Shown: positions 8,782-15,743 of the stretch, piece after piece
How positions within the stretch are numbered: position 1 is the stretch's first letter
Layout of the letters: every line of letters starts with the position of its first letter
Assembly (NCBI RefSeq): GCF_006345805.1
Contig: NW_021825285.1
Coordinates: 1-15,743, forward strand
From: Octopus sinensis
Taxonomy: Eukaryota
Reading direction: 5' to 3'
DNA: 15,743 nt
Notes under the pieces: generated by a model
Databases searched by the model: none
Seen by the model: the letters and a program-made list of their open reading frames with translations, nothing else
Told to the model about the DNA's origin: nothing
Translations under genes and position numbers: made by a program

Positions 8782-9181
8782 GGCAGACACGTTAGCGCGC
8801 CGGGCGAAATGCTTAGCAGTATTTCGTCTGTCGCTACGTTCTGAGTTCAAATTCCGCCGAGGTCGACTTTGCCTTTCATCCTTTCGGAGTCGATAAAATA
8901 AGTACCAGTTTCGCACTGGGGTCGATGTAATCGATTTAATCCGTTTGTCTGTCCTTGTTTGTCCTCTCTATGTTTAGCCCCTTGTGGGTAGTAAAGAAAT
9001 AGGTATTTCTGTTTTTACGTTCTGAGTTCAAACTCCGCCGAGGTCGACTTTGCCTTTCATCCTTTCGGGGTCGATAAATAAAGTACCAGTTACGCACTGG
9101 GGTCGATGTAATCGACTTAATCCCTTTGTCTGTCCTTGTTTGTTCCCTCTGTGTTTAGCCCCTTGTGGGCAATTAAGAAAT
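8782..9181 (+). mobile_element. tRNA-derived SINE family B, dimeric (head + two ~181-bp units)
   Basis: B-box-like GAGTTCAAA at 8843 and 9024. Central GTCGACTTTGCCTTTCATCCTTTCGG domain twice. Tail ...CCCTTGTGGG..AAGAAAT twice. Confidence 0.9.
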
Positions 9182-9549
9182 GTATATAGAAAACGTGGAA
9201 GGTTAACAAATACATTGATATGCCAGGTTTGGAGAAAGCTTCAATATGGTTATGATAACCCGTTCTTAGGTGGAGCTGGTGTTAAATGCCATTTGACAAT
9301 TATGATATTACTCTAAAGATGGGGAAAATTTCCTAAACCCAAGTATTTAATATATCTATGTTTGTCTACGTTGTTCAAATGCACGTCACTGGCCACTTTA
9401 AGTATTTCCCTTGGTTTATAGTTTTAATGCTTGCGAAAATGCAGATATGTGTGTGTGTGTGGGGGGGTGTATGTGTGTTGTGTGTGTGTGTGTGTTTACA
9501 GGGGTTGGGCAAAATAATGGAAGCACCTTAAAATTTCAAACAAATTTAA

Positions 9550-10832
9550 TTTAATACAGCTTGGATTCTACGAGGTATGTACTCGTACACTCATGCTCCA
9601 GAGCGTCGGCTGCGGGGTCACTCCGAAAAGCTCTATCTGCGACCATTTCATCTCATTCGAAGGAGAGGGGCTTTCTCCGTCCGGGTTGCGGATCCGTGGA
9701 ATAAGCTGCCGGACGGGATAGTGAAGATGCCGACGACCGCTCGGTTCAAAGTCTCTCTTGACCAGAAATGGCCTGAACTCTTTACATGAACACCCTCCCT
9801 GTACATAACTCCATGTCCCCCTACATGGCCTTGCTTTTTGCTTTTTGAGCCAAAAAATTAACTTAACAAAGTTTGAATCGTTTCCAAAGGAATTTTTGTG
9901 CATTCTTCAGCTAAAACAGTCTCCAGTTCTTGTAGTGACGATGGTGGAGGATATTGACTCCTTACTTTTTTTTCTAAAATGCACCATAAATGTTCAATAA
10001 TATTGAGATCTGGGGACTGTGGTAGCCAGATAAGATGTTCAACTTCACTAGAGTGTTCCTCGTGCCATTCAGTAACAACTTTAGCTGTGTGAATTGGTGC
10101 ATTATCACCCGTAAAGATTGTGTTTCCTTCCGGAAGCAGTTCCGCAACCACTGGATGAATTTGATCAGATTAAATGCTTAAATAGTCTTGACTATTAATT
10201 CGGTCATGAATGGAAACCATTGGGCCGGCGGATTTCTAAGATTAGCCCCCACCAGATCATCACAGATCCTCCTCCATGTTTAACAGCTGGAAGAAAGCAG
10301 TCTGGGTCAAATGCTTCTTTTGGCTGTCTCCACATGTATACTTGGCCGGTGGCCGGAAATAGGGTAAAGGATGACTCGTCCGAGAAAATAACATTCTTCC
10401 ACTACTCTAGGGACCAATTCTATAGGTTTTTACTCCACTCTAAACACTTTGCAACGTTTGTTTTTGAAAGTAGTGGTTTTCTGATTGCAGCCCTCCCATG
10501 AAATCCGGCTTTGTGCAGCTCTTGGGGAACAGTTCTTGTGGAAACTGGGTTCTCGAGGTGGTCGTTAAGCTCTGCAGTAATTCGGGGAGCTCTACTTTTG
10601 TGATCCTTTCTAACAATTCGCGAAGGATTTCAAAGGCCCTATCTCTAGGTTTTGGGGTTTTTCCGGAGTTTTGTTTCGACGAGAAGGTTTTTCTCTCTTT
10701 CTCGAAAGCTGTCATTACTTTCGAGACAGTAATTCTAGACACACCAAGCATTTCGGCAGTTTTCGTTACGCTAGCGCCTGTCATACGAGCATCAACAATT
10801 TGACCTCTTTGAAAGTTCGATAGATCTGTCAT
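9550..10832 (-). pseudogene. Tc1-like transposase pseudogene (DD36E), frameshifted and LINE-interrupted
   Basis: N-terminal HTH region MTDLSNFQRGQIVDARMTGASVTKTAEMLGVSR. Motifs VIFSDESS, GDNAPIH and WLPQSPDLNIIEHLW. C-terminal YEYIPRRIQAVL continues left of the LINE insert. Confidence 0.9.
9590..9867 (+). mobile_element. 5'-truncated CR1-group LINE 3' end inserted in the transposase
   Basis: Encodes RGHSEKL...FSVRVADPWNKLP...FKVSLD, typical of the CR1/L2-group ORF2 C-terminus. Stop at 9787-9789, short 3' UTR, TTAAC-repeat tail, ACA at both junctions. Confidence 0.82.
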
Positions 10833-11033
10833 TTTGATGCATTTTAATTACATTTTTCTGATGATATCGGAAAGGAAACGGCAATTTTAGCAAAACGTAT
10901 TAAGCAAAACTAATAATTAATCAAAAAATATTAAAATAAACAAGCTTTTGACGGTTTTATAGATATTTCAAAATTATGATGCTACGATGCTTGGTGTTCC
11001 CATTGTTTTGTCCAAGCCCTGTATATATATATA

Positions 11034-11432
11034 TACTCTTTTACTCTTTTACTTGTTTCAGTCATTTGACTGCGGCCATGCTGGAGCACCGCCTTTAGTC
11101 GATCAAATCGATCCCGGGACTTATTCTTTGTAAGCCCAGTACTTATTCTATCGTTCTCTTTTGCCGAATTGCTAAGTAACGGGGACGTAAACATACCAGC
11201 ATCGTTTGTCAAGCAATGCTAGGGGGACAAACACAGACACACAAACACACACATATATATATACATATATACGACGGGCTTCTTTCAGTTTCCGTCTACC
11301 AGATCCACTCACAAGGCTTTGGTCGGCCCGGGGCTATAGCAGAAGACACTTGCCCAAGATGCCACGCAGTGGGACTGAACCCGGAACCGTGTGGTTGGTA
11401 AGCACGCTACTTACCACGCAGCCACTCCTGCG
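11034..11432 (-). mobile_element. SINE family A, full length
   Basis: A-box-like TGGCTGCGTGGTAA, B-box-like GGTTCAGTCCC, tail (GTAAAAGA)n, flanked by (TA)n. Confidence 0.93.
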
Positions 11433-11608
11433 TATATATAATACCGTATGAATGGAATTCAACAAGCGTAAATTTTGTTAACGCTTGTTGTCTCTTTGTT
11501 TGTATGTATGCATGTCTATCTACCGATGAGTCTAACTCCCTGCATAGCCGTATAACTGTTTCTATATGTATCTATTTGTCAATCTGCTTATCTCTCTATT
11601 TTGTATTT

Positions 11609-12195
11609 ATTTCTTCATTGCCCACAGGGGGCTAAACATGGAGGGGACAAACAAGGATAGACAAACGGATTAAGTCGATTATATCGACCCCAGTGCGTGA
11701 CTGGTACTTATTTAATCGACCTCGAAAGGATGAAAGGCAAAGTCGAGCTCGGCGGAATTTGAACTCAGAACGTAACGGCAGACGAATTGCCTATTTCTTT
11801 ACTACCCACAAGGGGTTAAACACAGAGAGGACAAACAAGGACAGACAAACGGATTAAGTCGATTATATCGACCCCAGTGCGTGACTGGTACTTATTTAAT
11901 CGACCTCGAAAGGATGAAAGGCAAAGTCGACCTCGGCGGAATTTGAACTCAGAACGTAGCGGCAGACGAAATACCTATTTCTTTACTACCCACAAGGGGT
12001 TAAACACAGAGAGGACAAACAAGGACAACAAACGGATTAAGTCGATTATATCGACCCCAGTGCGTAACTGGTACTTATTTAATTGACCCCGAAAGGATGA
12101 AAGGCAAAGTCGACCTCGGCGGAATTTGAACTCAGAACGTAGCGGCAGACGAAATACCGCTAAGAATTTCTCCTGGCGTGCTAACGTTTCTGCCA
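11609..12195 (-). mobile_element. SINE family B, trimeric (head + three ~184-bp units)
   Basis: GAACTCAGAAC at 11761, 11945 and 12128. Head TGGCAGAAACGTTAGCACGCC at the right end. Confidence 0.92.
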
Positions 12196-12541
12196 CGATC
12201 CTTCTATCTATGTCTGTTAAAATATCTAAAAATATTAAAATATCCATCTATTTGCCAATCAAACTGTCTACATGTCTATTTGTCAATCTATCTGTTTACC
12301 TCTATCTATCTACCGAGCTATGAAACTGTCTATCTTTTTGTCTATCTGCATATTTAAATAATGAGGGAGATAAAAATTGAATATTAATTTATTAATATCA
12401 ATTTAAAACCAGGAATTTAGCGCGCCAGAACTCATACATTTTAAATTAACCCCAATGTAATCGGTGGAACTAAGCACGTGTCTGTTTTTTATACGGAAAA
12501 CCGGTGGTTAGTTTTACAAATTATATTGCTTTTGGAACGAT

Positions 12542-12610
12542 CGTACTGATGAGTCCTACAAACGAAGGACTACGTAAGTGATTTATTCGTTAATAGACGA
12601 AACCAGTATG
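12542..12610 (+). ncRNA. Degenerate hammerhead-like motif in an AT-rich insert (about 12355-12780)
   Basis: CGUA-CUGAUGA-GUC...GAC-GAAA-CCAG-UAUG. Both core halves and stems I/II are present, but stem III and the NUH triplet appear deleted. Confidence 0.4.
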
Positions 12611-12888
12611 CTTAATTCTTCATTTTTATATAATTTTCATCTGTCTCGCCTGCCTATTGTTCTGGTGTCCGCTGAATTTTCTCTAGAGAACATTCTTTCT
12701 TTCTTTGTAGTTTGATCGTAGGTGATCTATTTCTAGCATATGGCTGTCCACATAGTGGTTTTTAGCCCTTAAAATATACACATGTCTATCTCCATATGTA
12801 GCTTGTCTGTCTACCTGTCTGTCCCTCTGCCAGTCCGCCTATTTCTCTCTCTAGCTATGTCTACCCTACCTAACGGGCTTCTTTATCT

Positions 12889-13250
12889 GTAGCAAGGATG
12901 GCACGTATGAATGAAGAAGCCACTTTCAGCATGATCCCATGAACCGTAAAAATTTAAAACAGAGACTTACTTATTTGCAAATAAAAATGTTAATATGGGA
13001 CATTACTGCCCGAGGTTACTGTGGTTTTTTCGTAGGTTTTTCTTTCCACAGATAAACCTCCCCATTTCTTGAGAACTTTTTGTACCATTTTGACTTTTTT
13101 TTGCGTATATCCCCAACGATTTCGATCCATTTTGATCGTTGTCCCTATTTTTTTTTTTTTTACTTTGTTTCGCCCACCCCCCCTCGAAAACAAAAACTCT
13201 ACATTGTAATTGTCCGCTCTGTGTCTAGCCTGTGTGGCCAATAAAGAAAT
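12889..13250 (+). mobile_element. Putative LINE 3' end (ORF tail + 3' UTR) sharing its tail with SINE B
   Basis: Short frame VARMARMNEEATFSMIP* (12889-12942), T-rich UTR, terminal TTGTCCGCTCTGTGTCTAGCCTGTGTGGCCAATAAAGAAAT resembling the SINE B tail. Confidence 0.45.
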
Positions 13251-13285
13251 CTATCAATCTATCTATCTGTTTGTCTGTCTATATA

Positions 13286-13702
13286 TACTCTTACTCTACT
13301 CTTTTACTCTTTTACTTGTTTCAATCATTTGACTGTGGCCATGCTGGGGCACCGCCTTTAGTCGAGCAAATCGACCCCGGATCTTACTCTTTGTAAGCCC
13401 AGTACTTATTCTATCGGTCTTTTTTGCCGAACCGCTAAGTGACGGGGACGTAAACACACCAGCATCGGTTCTCAAGCGATGTTGGTGGGGGGGCAAACAC
13501 AGACACACAAACATATAAACACACATATATATATATACATATATACGACAGGCTTCTTTCAGTTTCCGTCTACAAAATCCACTCACAAGGCATTGGTCAG
13601 CCCGGGGCTATAGCAGAAGACACTTGCCCAAGATGCCACGCAGTGGGACTGAACCCAGAACCATGAGGTTGGTTAGCAAGCTACTTACCACACAGCCACT
13701 CC
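13286..13702 (-). mobile_element. SINE family A, near full length
   Basis: Colinear with 11034-11432. (TA)n on both flanks. Confidence 0.93.
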
Positions 13703-13761
13703 TATATATATATATCTTTTTATCGGTCTGTTTATCTATCTAGCTAGCTAAGAATCTATTT

Positions 13762-13762
13762 G

Positions 13763-13816
<54 letters not shown>

Positions 13817-13860
13817 AATTTATCTGTCTGTCTCGCAAGCTAGATAGAGAGCTATCTAAC

Positions 13861-13903
<43 letters not shown>
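13762..13903. repeat. (TCTA)n and (CT)n microsatellites
   Basis: Seen directly. Confidence 0.95.
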
Positions 13904-13906
<3 letters not shown>

Positions 13907-14138
13907 CCTCTGTCTTCCAGTCCATCTCTCTGTCCGTTATCTTTCTGCCTGCCTGCCTGTCTGCCTGACTGCCTGTCTATCCGTCGCCAGTCTGTCTATC
14001 CAAGCAATCCCAGTGTACAATATGTGGGTGTTAAAAGAGAGATAGAAGCGTTAGAAGACAAGGGATTGAAGTGACGGCGTTATGAAAGGGAGTGGCCCTT
14101 CCTTTTAACGTTTTTGGCACCGAGGACCGATCCCTTAC

Positions 14139-14201
14139 CGAAATTATTCCTAGTGTGTTTTGATTTCTGTTTTCAATTGTAGTTTGTGAATGAGTAGGTG
14201 G
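14139..14201 (-). other. Possible 63-nt exon ([21 protein letters not shown])
   Basis: Minus strand GTCTCTCAG|CCACCT...ATTTCG|GTAAGG, one open frame. Acceptor is weak. Confidence 0.2.
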
Positions 14202-14304
14202 CTGAGAGACTGGCTCTCTTCCTCTGTGTGTGTGTGTTGTGTGTGTGTGTGTGTGTTGTGTGTGTGTCTGTGTGTGTGGTATATTTATAATTGATACAGA
14301 CAGG

Positions 14305-14365
14305 CTGATAGATAGATATATAGAGATAGACAGATAGACAGATACAGATAAACAAATAAGAAAAC

Positions 14366-14419
<54 letters not shown>

Positions 14420-14440
14420 GTAGGTAGGTAGGTAGGTAGG

Positions 14441-14494
<54 letters not shown>

Positions 14495-14517
14495 TAGATA
14501 GATAGACAGAAGGTAGG

Positions 14518-14584
<67 letters not shown>

Positions 14585-14728
14585 GCAGAGAGACAGATAG
14601 ATAAAGACAGACAGACAGAGAGAGACAGATAGAAAGACAGACAGGTAGACAAGCAGACAGACAGACATATAGATAGAGAGAGAGAGGGGTAGAGAGAAAG
14701 AGGGGTGGAGAGAGAGAGAGGGGTGGAG

Positions 14729-14826
<98 letters not shown>

Positions 14827-14836
14827 GTAGATAGAT
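14305..14836. repeat. Compound (GATA)n/(GACA)n/(GGTA)n microsatellite
   Basis: Seen directly. Source of the LSIY-repeat spurious ORFs. Confidence 0.97.
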
Positions 14837-14913
14837 CAATTGGATCGATTAAATGGAGCCGCTCGAAACGGCCGTAATGTATTGATACCTGGACATCCTT
14901 GTTACTTATTTAC

Positions 14914-14963
<50 letters not shown>

Positions 14964-15030
14964 AATGGCGAGAGTGAGTGCTCAGAACACTGCATCAGTG
15001 AATAAAATTTCTTTATTTCTGTATTATTAA

Positions 15031-15087
15031 GGCTACTGTTGGTTTCATGTTAAGGTAAATATCTTAATCTGAACAATTTTTCAAGCC
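15031..15087 (-). ncRNA. Hammerhead-like motif with U3-A8 variant core
   Basis: Minus strand GGC-UUGAAAA-AUUGUU...AACAU-GAAA-CCAACAG-UA-GCC. Stem I 3 bp, GUA triplet. Lies in a ~170-bp insert between (TA)n and (CATA)n. Confidence 0.45.
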
Positions 15088-15133
15088 AATCACATGGAAA
15101 ACTGGCGTTCGTCTCCAATCTGGATGAAAAAAA

Positions 15134-15179
15134 ACATACATACATACATACATACATACATACATACATACATACCAAC

Positions 15180-15216
<37 letters not shown>

Positions 15217-15498
15217 TATACATACGTACATATATTTAAGATTCGATCTTTCCGTATATATGTAGCGCTATCTACCATCTATCAATATGAGTGTGTGTGT
15301 GTGTATGTGTGTATGCGTGTTTGTCTGAGTGTGGTGTGTATAAATACATATATATTCATGGATTCATGGCTGTCCATATCTCCCTCTTTACACACCACAC
15401 ACACACACACACACACATATATTTCCGTATCTATGTATCTGTGTATATACTTATCTATCTATCAATCTACCTATCCTATTTATGTGTCTACCTATATC

Positions 15499-15535
<37 letters not shown>

Positions 15536-15743
15536 ATATATATCCTTTATATATAATATATACGTATATATGTGTGTGTATGTCTGCCTGCCTGTCTTCT
15601 GTCTGTCTGTCTGTGTGCGTGTTTATGTGTGTATATCTAACTGATTAATTGGAGGCGGAAGTCAATTTCCTACCACAACCCACACATTACTACCACCACC
15701 ACCACCACCACCACCACTGCCAGCACAACCACCGCCACCATCC
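15134..15743. repeat. Compound (CATA)n/(TA)n/(TG)n/(CAC)n microsatellite region
   Basis: Seen directly. Confidence 0.9.

Larger units (their letters stand above)
9499..11021 (-). mobile_element. Full-length decayed Tc1/mariner-superfamily DNA transposon
   Basis: 29-bp TIRs 9499-9527 and 10993-11021 (24/29 identical, CAGGG start). TA at 9497-9498 and 11022-11023. Transposase remnants inside. Confidence 0.93.

Noticed and set aside
9309-9345. Hammerhead-shaped TACT-CTAAAGA...GGAAAATTTCC-TAAA...AGTA
   Set aside because: Two essential core G residues are missing and there is no NUH or stem III. At most a fossil.
9858-10832. Functional transposase CDS
   Set aside because: Split over several frames, interrupted by a LINE, with diverged TIRs.
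14856-14876. Half hammerhead GAGC-C-GCTC-GAAA-CGGCCG-TA
   Set aside because: Palindromic stem III and GAAA are suggestive, but there is no CUGANGA or stem I upstream.
14173-15648. LSIY- and YI-repeat ORFs
   Set aside because: Translations of GATA/TA microsatellites.

Overview
This is eukaryotic, repeat-saturated, essentially non-coding DNA. The SINE families and microsatellite load look like a coleoid cephalopod, probably Octopus; that is recognition from the repeats, not a database result. Nearly all ORFs in the track are microsatellite or repeat artefacts. Supportable content: several copies of two tRNA-type SINE families, a decayed full-length Tc1-family DNA transposon (DD36E spacing) interrupted by a CR1-like LINE 3' end plus a second inverted fragment, a non-autonomous Helitron, and an 8-bp-TSD MITE whose right end (with CCCTAA repeats) is quadruplicated. 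There is also an (AAT)n-embedded element with a triplicated terminus, and a few possible small minus-strand exons. The most notable signal is a cluster of type I hammerhead-ribozyme motifs in unrelated short non-coding inserts, mostly between (TA)n or other microsatellite tracts. The best one lies in a 585-nt unit bounded by identical 60-bp direct repeats (retrozyme / Penelope-like architecture).
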